A DNA stretch of 64,000 nucleotides, from contig JAAZBX010000004.1 in NCBI GenBank assembly GCA_012513575.1, forward strand, positions 11,481 to 75,480. Direction: 5' to 3'. Origin of the DNA: Candidatus Dojkabacteria bacterium (GTDB taxonomy: Bacteria; Patescibacteriota; Dojkabacteria; SC72). The position numbers and the translations under genes are program-made. Below the pieces are notes generated by a model, which saw only the letters and a program-made list of their open reading frames with translations, did no database searches and was not told where the DNA came from. Below are positions 49,946 through 60,008 of this stretch, one piece after another. Each line of letters starts with the position of its first letter. Position 1 is the first letter of the stretch.

Positions 49946-50353
49946 TTATTTCTTATTTTTCTTTACAGTTTTAGATACTTTCTTTTTTTCTTCTTCTATC
50001 TTCTTTGGCTCTTCTTTCTTTGGAGTTACTACGACCTTTTCTTTAGTCTCTATTTCTTTCCCACACTTTTTACAAACTCTAACATTTTTTTCTCCCTCTT
50101 TTCTTACCCCTACCCTTGTTGCTTTCCCACATGAAGGACAAACCAACATAACTTTTGACAACTCAAATGGTTTTTCAATTGTCAAAATCTCAGAAGTTCT
50201 AGTTCGACCATCTCCTTTTAAATGTCTTTTATAGAGATTTAAACCTTCTACAATTACACTGTTTTTCTTAGGACTAACGGCGACTACAACGCCCTGTTTT
50301 CCTGATTCTTTCCCGTATAAAATTTTTACTGTGTCTCCTTTTTTAATTTTCAT
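49946..50353 (-). CDS. rplX: 50S ribosomal protein L24
   Basis: MKIKKGD.V, VEG.N; CxxC pairs and basic tail. Confidence 0.96.
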   Translation of the reverse strand: MKIKKGDTVKILYGKESGKQGVVVAVSPKKNSVIVEGLNLYKRHLKGDGRTRTSEILTIEKPFELSKVMLVCPSCGKATRVGVRKEGEKNVRVCKKCGKEIETKEKVVVTPKKEEPKKIEEEKKKVSKTVKKNKK

Positions 50354-50362
50354 ATATTTTTC

Positions 50363-50734
50363 TTAAAGTACTTCTGGCGCTAAAGATAAAATTTTATCGA
50401 ATCCCCCCTCTTTCAACTCTCTTGCTACTGGGCCAAAAATTCTTGTTCCTTTTGGCGTTTTATTCTTTGGATCAATCAAAACTACTGCATTATCATCAAA
50501 TCTTACATATGTACCATCTTTTCTTCTTAATTCTTTTGTTGTTCTAATTATTACAGCCTTATGAACCTCATGATCCTTTACACCTGTATTTGGTGTTGTT
50601 TTCTGAATAGAGACAACAACAACATCATTTATTCTGGCATATCTAACTTTAGAAGCCCCTGGTATTCCAATTAATTTAGCTTCTTTTGCTCCACTGTTAT
50701 CTGCAACTTTTACTATTGTCCCTCTCTGTATCAT
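50363..50734 (-). CDS. rplN: 50S ribosomal protein L14
   Basis: VADNSGAK, FDDNA.V, GTRIFGPVAREL, SLAPEVL. Confidence 0.98.
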   Translation of the reverse strand: MIQRGTIVKVADNSGAKEAKLIGIPGASKVRYARINDVVVVSIQKTTPNTGVKDHEVHKAVIIRTTKELRRKDGTYVRFDDNAVVLIDPKNKTPKGTRIFGPVARELKEGGFDKILSLAPEVL

Positions 50735-50736
50735 AT

Positions 50737-51003
50737 TTATATTTTTTTAATTACAACCCATCTTATTTTTTTCGAAAAAGGTCTGCTCTCCTTAATGACC
50801 ACCTTATCTCCAATGCTTAGCTCCTCTTCTGCATGAGCAAAATAAATCTTTTTCCTTTTAATCCTTTTCTTATATATTGCATGACTTTCTACTGTATCGA
50901 CTCTTACCTTCACTGTTTTGTTCATACTAGTACCAACCACAACGGCCTCAATCTCTCTTCTTTTACTTTGTTTTTCGGTTGTCTCTTTTTTCATATCTTT
51001 CAT
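50737..51003 (-). CDS. rpsQ: 30S ribosomal protein S17
   Basis: VV..M.KT..V, H..Y.K, GD.V.I.E.RP.SK..RW. Confidence 0.96.
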   Translation of the reverse strand: MKDMKKETTEKQSKRREIEAVVVGTSMNKTVKVRVDTVESHAIYKKRIKRKKIYFAHAEEELSIGDKVVIKESRPFSKKIRWVVIKKI

Positions 51004-51049
51004 TTTTTGTAACGGCTTGTATTTTATCAATAAATTACGGTATTCTCAA

Positions 51050-51463
51050 CTATATTTCTCTTTTTTCTACAAATTTTGTTTTTACTGAAAATTTGTGTCC
51101 AGCTAATCTCATAGCTTCCTTTGCTGTATTCTCATCAACGCCTCCAATTTCAAGGAGTATTGTTCCTGGAACCACCACTGCTACATATCCCTCAACGGAA
51201 CCTTTCCCACCCAACATTTTACTGTTTACAGATCTTCTCGTGTAGGATTTATGTGGGAAGATTTTAATCCAAACTTTCCCTTTCCTTTTTGTGAATCCCG
51301 CAACCGCTCTTCTGGCAGATTCAATCTCTCTTGCATTTATCCATCCATTCTCTAGAGTCTTAAGTCCATATTCTCCGAATGTAACTTTGTTATTTGCAGT
51401 AGCAACACCCCCCATGTTTCCTCTAAACTCTTTTGCAAATTTTCTTTTCTTTGGCTGCAACAT
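51050..51463 (-). CDS. rplP: 50S ribosomal protein L16
   Basis: MLQPK, FG.YGL, KVWI.IFP, M.GGKG. Confidence 0.98.
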   Translation of the reverse strand: MLQPKKRKFAKEFRGNMGGVATANNKVTFGEYGLKTLENGWINAREIESARRAVAGFTKRKGKVWIKIFPHKSYTRRSVNSKMLGGKGSVEGYVAVVVPGTILLEIGGVDENTAKEAMRLAGHKFSVKTKFVEKREI

Positions 51464-51480
51464 ATGTTTACTTTAAAATA

Positions 51481-52131
51481 TTATTCTTCAGATTCGTCCA
51501 TATTATTTTTTTCACCTCTATATATCCAAACCTTGATTCCCATTAGTCCAGCATCAATTGTCTTCGCAACTTCTCCTGCATAATCTACATCTGCCCTTAA
51601 AGTTTGAGCAGGGACAGAACCTGCAGTTGTTTTCACTGTCCTAGCCTGGCTAGCATTGTTAATTCTTCCTGATACCCAAATCTTCAAACCCTTAGCACCA
51701 GATGCCATTATCTTTTCTTTTGCGCTTGCTACAACTAATTTTGAAGGCTGTCTTCTCTCAATTCCATCTGCAATAGATCTTGCAACAATTCTGGCAGATA
51801 AATCTGCTTTTCGAACTTCTCTAACTTTTAATTCAACTTCCATTTTAGTAAACCTTTTTAACTCTTTTTGTAAGAGATCTATTCCTTCCCCACCTCTTCC
51901 GATAGCAACTCCTGGTCTTGCAACATACACAAGAATCTCCATTCTATTCAAGGATCGATTAATCTTGATATTGTCAATCCCAGCATCTTTCATCGATTTG
52001 TTAATTTTCTCTCGAATTTCTAAGTCCTGAGCTAATACTTTCGAATAATTTCTCTTGGGTGCATACCAAACAGAATCCCAAGTCCTATTTATTCCCATTC
52101 TAATAGCTTTTGGTGTTACTTTTCTACCCAT
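51481..52131 (-). CDS. rpsC: 30S ribosomal protein S3
   Basis: MG.KV.P, RPG..IGR.G, P..TLRA, G.KVWI. Confidence 0.98.
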   Translation of the reverse strand: MGRKVTPKAIRMGINRTWDSVWYAPKRNYSKVLAQDLEIREKINKSMKDAGIDNIKINRSLNRMEILVYVARPGVAIGRGGEGIDLLQKELKRFTKMEVELKVREVRKADLSARIVARSIADGIERRQPSKLVVASAKEKIMASGAKGLKIWVSGRINNASQARTVKTTAGSVPAQTLRADVDYAGEVAKTIDAGLMGIKVWIYRGEKNNMDESEE

Positions 52132-52132
52132 T

Positions 52133-52474
52133 TTACTTCACTTTTAATTCTAAATTAATATGAGATCTTCTCTTATCAATTCTTGATACTCGACCTCTTG
52201 ATTCAAATCTTGTTCTCTTTAAAGTTCTAGCTTCATCGATAGTGATTTTGCTTATTACCAAACTCTCCTTATCTACTCCATACTTTTCCCTTGCATTTGC
52301 AATCCCCGACATTATAGCCTTCTTAACTATTGGGGCGCCTTTTTTCGATAGCAATGTTAGCATTTCTATCGCTTCAGATGCATTTTTACCTCTAATTAAA
52401 TTTGCAACTAATCTCAATTTTAAAGGAGATTGTGCAATATTTTTAACTTTTACTGTTACAATTTTGTCTTCCAT
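52133..52474 (-). CDS. rplV: 50S ribosomal protein L22
   Basis: SP.K.RLVA..IRG, LKR....RGR, SHI. Confidence 0.97.
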   Translation of the reverse strand: MEDKIVTVKVKNIAQSPLKLRLVANLIRGKNASEAIEMLTLLSKKGAPIVKKAIMSGIANAREKYGVDKESLVISKITIDEARTLKRTRFESRGRVSRIDKRRSHINLELKVK

Positions 52475-52476
52475 AT

Positions 52477-52797
52477 TTATTTATCTGATTTAGTTTCTTC
52501 AAATCTTCCGCTACTTCCATAGACTTTAGAAAGTTTCCCCTTCTTCGCATGGCCTCTAAATTTCCTTGTTGCAGAAAACTCACCTAGCCTATGACCAATC
52601 ATAGATTCTACAACCAACACCTCTTCATGCTTTTTACCATTATGTACTAAAAATTTCATCCCAACCATATCTGGTGTAATGGTAGAAGCCCTAGCCCATG
52701 TCTTAATTGGAGCCATGCTTCCAGTCTCTTTGGCTTTCATAACCTTTTCCATCAATTTTTTATCTGTATATGGTCCTTTCTTTAGCGATCTAGACAT
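52477..52797 (-). CDS. rpsS: 30S ribosomal protein S19
   Basis: [23 protein letters not shown]. Confidence 0.98.
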   Translation of the reverse strand: MSRSLKKGPYTDKKLMEKVMKAKETGSMAPIKTWARASTITPDMVGMKFLVHNGKKHEEVLVVESMIGHRLGEFSATRKFRGHAKKGKLSKVYGSSGRFEETKSDK

Positions 52798-52814
52798 ATT
52801 TTCTTAAATATAAA

Positions 52815-53666
52815 TTATTTCTTTGCGTAAGGTCTATTCTTAGTTCTTCTTGTTTTAATAATAAACTTTTCAGTTCTTCTATTTTTTCTTGTTCTTGTTC
52901 CAATGAGATTCCCCCATATATCTTTTGCAGCACCTCCAATAACACCTTTTCCTTCTCCACCTCCATGTGGATGCTCTGCCGGATGCATAACCATACCCCT
53001 AACTTCTGGTCTCCAACCCAAATTCCTCTTCCTTCCAGCTTTTCCTAACTTGACATTCAAATTATCTTCATTGCTTACCTGGCCAATAGTTGCCATACAC
53101 TCAGCAAATACCAATCTTATTTCTCCAGAAGGCATCTTCAATTGAACATATTTACCAGTAGGATCAATACCCTGTACAATAATTACCTGCCCCGCTGATC
53201 TTGCGAATACTGCTCCACGACCTGGCATATTCTCAACAGAATGGACTGCTGTACCAGAAGGGATATTCTTTACCATCATTGCATTACCTGGTAACACATC
53301 TGTACTTTCTCCTGATATAATTGTGTCCCCAACTTTCAGATCTTTAGGTGCAATTATATATCTTCTCTCACCATCTGCATAAAGAAGTAGCGCTAAATGT
53401 GCACTTCTGTTTGGATCAAAGTACAAACCCGTAACCTTTGCTGGTATTCCAAACTTATCTCTTTTGTAATCGACAATTCTTATTCTTCGTTTAAAACCAC
53501 CACCTCTATGCCTTACAGTAATTTTACCTTGATTATTTCTTCCAGCTTTTTTCTTTTTGGGGATTGTTAGACCCTTTGGCCCACCATCCTTATTGAGATG
53601 AGACCTATCTGCCAATGCTGTTTTTCTTCTTGTAGAAGTTGTCGGTTTAAATTTTCTAATAGCCAT
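52815..53666 (-). CDS. rplB: 50S ribosomal protein L2
   Basis: GRNNQGKITVRHRGGG, DPNRSA, HPHGGGEG. Confidence 0.98.
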   Translation of the reverse strand: MAIRKFKPTTSTRRKTALADRSHLNKDGGPKGLTIPKKKKAGRNNQGKITVRHRGGGFKRRIRIVDYKRDKFGIPAKVTGLYFDPNRSAHLALLLYADGERRYIIAPKDLKVGDTIISGESTDVLPGNAMMVKNIPSGTAVHSVENMPGRGAVFARSAGQVIIVQGIDPTGKYVQLKMPSGEIRLVFAECMATIGQVSNEDNLNVKLGKAGRKRNLGWRPEVRGMVMHPAEHPHGGGEGKGVIGGAAKDIWGNLIGTRTRKNRRTEKFIIKTRRTKNRPYAKK

Positions 53667-53667
53667 A

Positions 53668-53961
53668 TTAAATCTTCAAAAATTCATTTATTTTATCTCC
53701 CTTTTTAAGTGTAACGATTACTTTTACCATGTCTCTCTCTCTTCTTGGTTTATATGTCTTAAGATCTCTTTTCATTTTCCCTGGTTTTACAACACTATTA
53801 ACACTCTCAACCTTAACTTTATACTTACTCTCCACGGCCTTTGCGACTTCAATTTTGTTATTATATCTCTCAACTAAAAAAGTATACTTATTGTTGGCAT
53901 TTGCCATTGCATAGCTTTTTTCAGAAACCATAGGTTGTAATTCAATTGTTTTATTTCTCAT
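53668..53961 (-). CDS. rplW: 50S ribosomal protein L23
   Basis: P..SEK, NK.E...AVE....V.V..VN. Confidence 0.96.
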   Translation of the reverse strand: MRNKTIELQPMVSEKSYAMANANNKYTFLVERYNNKIEVAKAVESKYKVKVESVNSVVKPGKMKRDLKTYKPRRERDMVKVIVTLKKGDKINEFLKI

Positions 53962-54568
53962 TTGTTAATCTTTTTTCTAACATCTCAATTACTTCATTAT
54001 CTACATAAATATATTTTCTTTTTGCAATATTTTTTGCATTTAATTTTTCTGATGAGACCACATCAAGTTTTTCAATATTTCTAATTTTTCTGCCTAATTC
54101 AACATTGTCAGTAATTACTAGCGCCGATTTTGAAGAATTTTTCTTCATTTCATCTCTTAATTTTTTCACATCATTTAAAGAAAACTTCATGAATTCTAAT
54201 GTTTTATTCCTTAGGTTCTCAGAAAGCATCACACATGTAGCTTTCTTTGCCATTTTCTTATTAATCTTTCTATTCCAATTTCTGTCTCCCACATTCCCAA
54301 AAGCAACACCACCACCTACCCAAATCGTAGATCTAGTAGAACCCGCCCTTGCTCTTCCGGTACCTTTCTGTTTCCAAGGTTTTTTACCACCTCCTGATAC
54401 CTCTCCTCTACCTTTTACATTTGCAGTAGATTTTCTTTCATTACTTCTGTAAACGTACAATACCTGTGCTACAAGATCAGCATTGTAAGGTACTTCCCAA
54501 ACCAATGGATTCCTTTTAATCACAGCTACCTTTTTCTCTACTTTTGTTTTACCTTTAGTCTCTGCCAT
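53951..54568 (-). CDS. rplD: 50S ribosomal protein L4
   Basis: [24 protein letters not shown]. Confidence 0.97.
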   Translation of the reverse strand: MAETKGKTKVEKKVAVIKRNPLVWEVPYNADLVAQVLYVYRSNERKSTANVKGRGEVSGGGKKPWKQKGTGRARAGSTRSTIWVGGGVAFGNVGDRNWNRKINKKMAKKATCVMLSENLRNKTLEFMKFSLNDVKKLRDEMKKNSSKSALVITDNVELGRKIRNIEKLDVVSSEKLNAKNIAKRKYIYVDNEVIEMLEKRLTNEK

Positions 54569-54569
54569 T

Positions 54570-55154
54570 TTATTTTGTAAATATTGCTATTAAATCTCCT
54601 TTTGAACCAGGAACTGGTCCTTTAACTAAGATCAAACTATCTTTAACATCAACAACTTCTCTGTCAAGAAGTGTAATTTTGTCTTGTCCCATTCTCCCAG
54701 CCATTCTTTTACCTTTGAGAACTCTTCCTGGGTCTGTACCAGCACCAATTGAACCCGGTGCCCTTAACCTATCTGATTGTCCATGTGTTTTAGGACCACC
54801 TGCAAATCCATACCTTTTGACTACACCAGCAAAGCCCTTTCCCTTAGATATTCCACTTACAACCACTTTGTCTCCAGCTACAAATTGAACGGACTTAATA
54901 TCATCCCCAATATTAGAATCACCTTCTAATTCTCCCTTAAAATATGCCCTTTTCTCAGGAACCTTTTTTGCTACTCCATATTTACCCTTCATTGATTTGA
55001 TAGGGTTTTTCTCTTCACCTAATCCTAATTCAAAACCTTTAGCTTCGATATATGAAAGTATGCAATCAGACGCATCAATGACAGTAACAGGGACTACCTT
55101 GTCATCCTTAAATACTCTTGTCATTCCCTTTTTTATACCTAATATTGCTTTCAT
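54570..55154 (-). CDS. rplC: 50S ribosomal protein L3
   Basis: [27 protein letters not shown]. Confidence 0.97.
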   Translation of the reverse strand: MKAILGIKKGMTRVFKDDKVVPVTVIDASDCILSYIEAKGFELGLGEEKNPIKSMKGKYGVAKKVPEKRAYFKGELEGDSNIGDDIKSVQFVAGDKVVVSGISKGKGFAGVVKRYGFAGGPKTHGQSDRLRAPGSIGAGTDPGRVLKGKRMAGRMGQDKITLLDREVVDVKDSLILVKGPVPGSKGDLIAIFTK

Positions 55155-55165
55155 ATTTTTATTTA

Positions 55166-55477
55166 TTACTCTATTCCAATGTCAACACCAGCAGGCATTT
55201 GTAAATGCTGCAGGGCATCTATTGTTTTTGGGGTAGGATCAATGATATCTATTACCCTCTTATGTGTATTAATTTCAAAATGTTCAATTGAGCTCTTGTA
55301 AATAAATGGAGATCTGTTTACTGCAATTTGCCTTCTCTTTGTTGGCAAAGGAATTGGCCCAGCAACTTTTGCACCTGTGCTTACAGCTGTTTCTATTATA
55401 CTTTTCGCAGACTTATCAACAACGATTGAGTCATATCCTCTTAATTTGACCCTAATTCTTGCAGTTTGATTTGCCAT
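55166..55477 (-). CDS. rpsJ: 30S ribosomal protein S10
   Basis: GPIPLPT, RSP...K.S.E.FE..THKR. Confidence 0.98.
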   Translation of the reverse strand: MANQTARIRVKLRGYDSIVVDKSAKSIIETAVSTGAKVAGPIPLPTKRRQIAVNRSPFIYKSSIEHFEINTHKRVIDIIDPTPKTIDALQHLQMPAGVDIGIE

Positions 55478-55507
55478 TCTATTTAAAAGAGCTTAATTAA
55501 ATTAAAT

Positions 55508-55539
55508 ATTGTGGAGAGCAGTTTCCTGCCCTCCACAAT
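55508..55539 (-). terminator. Strong hairpin between tuf and rpsJ (terminator, attenuator or stabiliser)
   Basis: ATTGTGGAGGGCAG-GAAA-CTGCTCTCCACAAT with a weak U-tail. Confidence 0.6.
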
Positions 55540-55546
55540 TAATTCC

Positions 55547-56722
55547 TTACTTCAAAATCTCAGTCACAATTCCCTGTCCTACTGTCTGACCACCTTCTCT
55601 GATAGCGAAGGAGAATCCTTTCTCCAATCCTACTGGTGATACTAATTTAACAGTAAACTCAGTATTGTCACCTGGGACAACCATTTCGGTTCCCTCATTT
55701 AATACTACTTCACCTGTAACATCAGCGGTTTTGATGTAGAACTGAGGTTTGTATCCTGTAATGAATGGCGTATGTCTTCCACCCTCTTCCTTACTTAATA
55801 CATAGACCTCTGCCTTAAAGTCGGTGTGAGTATTAACACTTCCAGGAGCTGCTAACAATTGTCCTCTCTGTACATCCTCTCTTTTCAAACCTCTAAGCAA
55901 AATACCTACATTGTCTCCTGCTTGACCCTCATTCAATGTTTTGTTAAACATTTCAACTCCAGTAGCTGCAGTCTTCTGTGTCTTTCTTCCCATTCCCAAA
56001 ACCTCTACATCTTCTCCAACTTTTATCTTTCCTCTCTCAATTCTTCCAGTTACAACTGTACCTCTTCCCTCGATAGAGAAGACATCTTCTATAGGCATCA
56101 AGAAAGGCTTATCTATATCTCTCTCCGGAATTGGGAAATATTCATCAACAGCTTTGATAAGCTCTTTAGCTGCATTAAGACCTTCTTCCTCTCCCTTTTG
56201 AGCTTTAAGTGCATCTCCAACAATTATTGGACAATTCTCATCAAAACCATACTTCTTAAGTAAGTCTTGGACATCTGCCTTAATTAATTCAAGGATTTCA
56301 GGATCTGCCTCTCCAAATGTGTTGATAAATACTAGCACCTTTGGAACTCCAACCTGTTTTGCCAAAAGGATATGCTCCTTTGTTTGAGGCATAGCGCCAT
56401 CACTTGAGGAGATAACTAATATTGCACCATCCATCTGCGCTGCACCTGTGATCATATTCTTAATGTAGTCCTTGTGTCCTGGACAATCTACTAATGCGTA
56501 GTGCCTTGTTTCAGTTTCAAATTCTACGTGTGCAGGAGCAACAGTAATTGATTTTGCTCTTGATTCTGGATCTTTGTCCAACTTATCAATCATTTTTGCT
56601 GCTTCGCCCTTATCAGGAGCAAATGCACTAAGAATACCTCGAACCAAAGTTGTCTTACCGTGATCGATATGACCAAGGGTTCCGATATTCATGTGTGGCT
56701 TTGTTCTATTAAAATCTGCCAT
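55547..56722 (-). CDS. tuf: Elongation factor Tu (divergent G-domain)
   Basis: [34 protein letters not shown]; position before rpsJ. Confidence 0.97.
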   Translation of the reverse strand: MADFNRTKPHMNIGTLGHIDHGKTTLVRGILSAFAPDKGEAAKMIDKLDKDPESRAKSITVAPAHVEFETETRHYALVDCPGHKDYIKNMITGAAQMDGAILVISSSDGAMPQTKEHILLAKQVGVPKVLVFINTFGEADPEILELIKADVQDLLKKYGFDENCPIIVGDALKAQKGEEEGLNAAKELIKAVDEYFPIPERDIDKPFLMPIEDVFSIEGRGTVVTGRIERGKIKVGEDVEVLGMGRKTQKTAATGVEMFNKTLNEGQAGDNVGILLRGLKREDVQRGQLLAAPGSVNTHTDFKAEVYVLSKEEGGRHTPFITGYKPQFYIKTADVTGEVVLNEGTEMVVPGDNTEFTVKLVSPVGLEKGFSFAIREGGQTVGQGIVTEILK

Positions 56723-56798
56723 GAATATATTGTTAAAAATTTAATTATATTAATTCCTAATTGATATTTTCAGGTTTCAATTTGCAAACCTGCGATGA

Positions 56799-56827
56799 AT
56801 GTTATCAAAAAGTGAAGATTAATGCAA
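56799..56827 (-). promoter_or_regulatory. Promoter of tuf
   Basis: TTGCAT-N17-TAACAT followed by a CAGGTTT/AAACCTG leader hairpin (56771-56792). Confidence 0.6.
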
Positions 56828-56883
56828 GTGTTTCATACTATAATTTGCACTTTGGGAAACAACCTACAAAAACTTCCCCTCTA

Positions 56884-57717
56884 TTATTTCCAACCTTTTG
56901 TATCTATCTTGTTCAATTCAATTCCTTTCTTTACTATAGAAACAAAAAGAATCATTGCCATAAGAAGAATCAATACAATTAAACCAATATCATATTGAGT
57001 AAGATAATGATTAAAGAAGTTAAAGTAAATTACCTTAGAAAAGAACATATATACAGAGAAGAGCACCCCTATTATTCTTATCTCTGTAGGCCCAAACAAA
57101 CCAAATGCATTCCTGTTCTCTCCCTGGACATGAGTAACTAAATCAACATGCGCCATAAGAGCAAGATAAAGGCATGCGAAGAGTAATGCAATTTCAATCT
57201 TAAAAAAGCCTGAGAGTCCAAAGCCCAAAGCCAAAGTAATTACCGCAACAGAATCAACTATCTTGTCTATATAATATCCATACTTAGGTCTACCTTTATT
57301 CCTGTATCTAGCCAAACTCCCATCAAACGAATCTCCAAACCAGTTGATTATTAATCCCAAAGGGACAAGAGTAATGAACCACCTATTTGCAAAACCAACT
57401 ATTATCCCCACGGAAGTCATTAAAATCCCAATATAGCCTAATATTGTCAAATGATCAGAATTAATCCATTGTGGAATTCTAGGGCAAATCCACTTTTTAG
57501 CCTCCTCTTCGATCTTGCCTGTAATTGCGGTATTAATTGCTTTCTGCTCTTTACCTCTTGAATATTTAACTGCCCAATCATCGAGATTAAAACTTTTTAC
57601 ATCTTTACCAAAAGATTCAATTAATTTCCCCAACTCATCAAAAAACTCCTGAACCCTTCCCTCTTGTAAAAGAGAAAAAAGCTCGGAATCTCTAAAATCT
57701 TTTCTTTTATTTTTCAT
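56884..57717 (-). CDS. CDP-alcohol phosphatidyltransferase family protein
   Basis: DSFDGSLAR...GYYIDKIVD signature plus TMs. Confidence 0.92.
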   Translation of the reverse strand: MKNKRKDFRDSELFSLLQEGRVQEFFDELGKLIESFGKDVKSFNLDDWAVKYSRGKEQKAINTAITGKIEEEAKKWICPRIPQWINSDHLTILGYIGILMTSVGIIVGFANRWFITLVPLGLIINWFGDSFDGSLARYRNKGRPKYGYYIDKIVDSVAVITLALGFGLSGFFKIEIALLFACLYLALMAHVDLVTHVQGENRNAFGLFGPTEIRIIGVLFSVYMFFSKVIYFNFFNHYLTQYDIGLIVLILLMAMILFVSIVKKGIELNKIDTKGWK

Positions 57718-57770
57718 TTGCAAATTGGTTATTTTAGTAAATGATTATAACAAGAAATAACGATATAAGA

Positions 57771-57798
57771 AAAAGGGGGTAACAATCTACCCCCTTTT
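57771..57798. terminator. Intrinsic terminator after fusA
   Basis: AAAAGGGGGTA-ACAATC-TACCCCCTTTT. Confidence 0.85.
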
Positions 57799-57819
57799 AC
57801 AAAAATCGTAAATAAACTA

Positions 57820-59922
57820 CTAAACTTTTTTACCTGCGATCTCTTCAGCTACATTTCTTGGTACTTCAGCGTAATGAGAAGGTTCCATAGTTGAGCTTCC
57901 TCTACCACTAGTGATAGATCTCAACTCACTTGTATAACCAAACAATTCAGACAAAGGAACCAGAGCTGTGATTCTACTTATACTGTTTCCCAAACTCTCA
58001 GTTCCCTGGATTTGACCTCTCTTACTACTCAAAGAACCTGTTACATCTCCCATATATGCATCAGGCGTATCAACATCCACTTTCATAATAGGCTCTAAAA
58101 GAATTGGGTCTCCCATTCTCATACCTTCTTTGAATGCCATAGATCCCGCAATCTTAAATGCTGCTTCAGATGAGTCAACATCATGGTAAGAGCCATCATA
58201 TACTGTGACTTTGATATCAACGACTGGATAACCAGCTGTAACACCTGCCTTCATTGCCTCTTCAACACCCTTTTGAATTGCAGGAATAAACTCCCTTGGA
58301 ATTGATCCTCCCTTTATTGCGTTAATAAACTCAAAACCTTTGCCTTTTTCATTAGGATCAAGTTTTAGCCAACAATGACCGTACTGACCTTTACCACCAG
58401 ACTGTTTAACATATCTTCCTTCAACCTGTTCTACACTTCGTTTAATAGTTTCCTTATATGCGACCTGAGGCTTCCCTACGCTTGTGGCTACATTAAACTC
58501 CCTCTTCATTCTGTCAACAATGATATCTAAATGAAGCTCACCCATTCCAGAGATAATAGTTTGACCTGTCTCATTGTTTGAACTAACTCTAAATGTAGGA
58601 TCTTCTTTAACAAACCTAGCCAATGCTTCTGACATTTTTTCTTCATCTGATTTTGTTGCTGGTTCTATTGCCTGTGATACAACTGGCTCTGCAAATTGAA
58701 TTTGTTCAAGAATGATTGGATTCTTTTCATCACAAAGAGTATCTCCAGTAATAGAATCTTTCAGACCTACAACAGCACCAATATCCCCTATTCTCAAGGA
58801 TTCAACCTCTTCTCTGTCATCTGCATGCATTAGAATTAGTCTACTTGCTCTTTCTTTAATATTTTTTGTTGAGTTTAAGACATATGACCCCGAATTTATC
58901 TTCCCTGAGTAAATCCTAAAATATGAGAGATTCCCAACATGAGAATCGTTTACAATCTTAAATACTAGAGCTGAGAATGGCTCATTCTCGTCTGGTTTTC
59001 TGTAAATTTCCTCTTTTGTTTTAGGATCGATTCCTTTAACAGGAGGGACATCTAATGGTGAAGGAAGACATATTGTTATGTAATCCAATAGTGTTTTAGA
59101 CATAGCAGTTCTTGAATCACCTCCCAATACTGGAAATATTTTCTCGGCAAGAGTTCCTTTTCTCAAGGCCGAATAGAGCTCGGCTTCGGGAAGATCTTCC
59201 CCAGCAAAATACTTTTCCATTAAGGCATCATCTTGCTCCGCCAAAGCTTCAACCAAAGTATTTCTTAAATTTGCAACTGTATCTTTAATCTCATCTGGGA
59301 TTGGGCATTCTATTAAATCTGGAGTGTCAGTGCCTTCATATTTGTAAGCTTTCATTTTTATCAAATCAACATAGCCATGGAGCTCCTGCTCCTTACCAAT
59401 CGGATATGTTACAGCAACTGCCTTGTTACTTAATCTGTCCTTAATTGTTTGAAAACTATGATCAAAACTCCCTCCAATTAGGTTAATTTTATTCATAAAG
59501 CAAATTCTTGGGACATGATACTTGTTTGCCTGCCTCCATACCGTTTCTGATTGAGGTTCGACTCCTTTTCTTCCGTCAAAAATAACAACAGCTCCATCCA
59601 ATACCCTCAAAGATCTTTCAACTTCAGCTGTAAAATCTACATGCCCTGGGGTATCAATAATGTTGATTCTGTATTTCTCTCCATCGTGAATCCAGAAGCA
59701 AGTTACTGCTGCGGACATAATTGTTATTCCTCTTTCTTGCTCTTGTGCCATGAAATCAGTAGTTGCTTCTCCCTCATGAGTCTCTCCAATTTTATGTACC
59801 TGCCCAGTAAAATAAAGCAACCTTTCTGTTGTAGTAGTCTTTCCAGCATCGATATGGGCAATAATACCGATATTTCTAATTTTATCTAAAGGCATCTTAA
59901 CATTGTATGTATTCTTATCCAT
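57820..59922 (-). CDS. fusA: Elongation factor G
   Basis: AHIDAGKTTTTE, RGITI, DTPGHVDF, GMGELHL, KQSGG.GQYGH, DGSYHDVDSS. Confidence 0.98.
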   Translation of the reverse strand: MDKNTYNVKMPLDKIRNIGIIAHIDAGKTTTTERLLYFTGQVHKIGETHEGEATTDFMAQEQERGITIMSAAVTCFWIHDGEKYRINIIDTPGHVDFTAEVERSLRVLDGAVVIFDGRKGVEPQSETVWRQANKYHVPRICFMNKINLIGGSFDHSFQTIKDRLSNKAVAVTYPIGKEQELHGYVDLIKMKAYKYEGTDTPDLIECPIPDEIKDTVANLRNTLVEALAEQDDALMEKYFAGEDLPEAELYSALRKGTLAEKIFPVLGGDSRTAMSKTLLDYITICLPSPLDVPPVKGIDPKTKEEIYRKPDENEPFSALVFKIVNDSHVGNLSYFRIYSGKINSGSYVLNSTKNIKERASRLILMHADDREEVESLRIGDIGAVVGLKDSITGDTLCDEKNPIILEQIQFAEPVVSQAIEPATKSDEEKMSEALARFVKEDPTFRVSSNNETGQTIISGMGELHLDIIVDRMKREFNVATSVGKPQVAYKETIKRSVEQVEGRYVKQSGGKGQYGHCWLKLDPNEKGKGFEFINAIKGGSIPREFIPAIQKGVEEAMKAGVTAGYPVVDIKVTVYDGSYHDVDSSEAAFKIAGSMAFKEGMRMGDPILLEPIMKVDVDTPDAYMGDVTGSLSSKRGQIQGTESLGNSISRITALVPLSELFGYTSELRSITSGRGSSTMEPSHYAEVPRNVAEEIAGKKV

Positions 59923-59979
59923 ATATTTAAAAGATAAATTAACGAGTAATGAAGGGGAATAACTACCTTCGCGATTGCG

Positions 59980-60008
59980 ATTATACTAGACTATTTAAGA
60001 TTAGACAA
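59980..60008 (-). promoter_or_regulatory. Promoter of fusA
   Basis: TTGTCT-N17-TATAAT. Confidence 0.6.
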
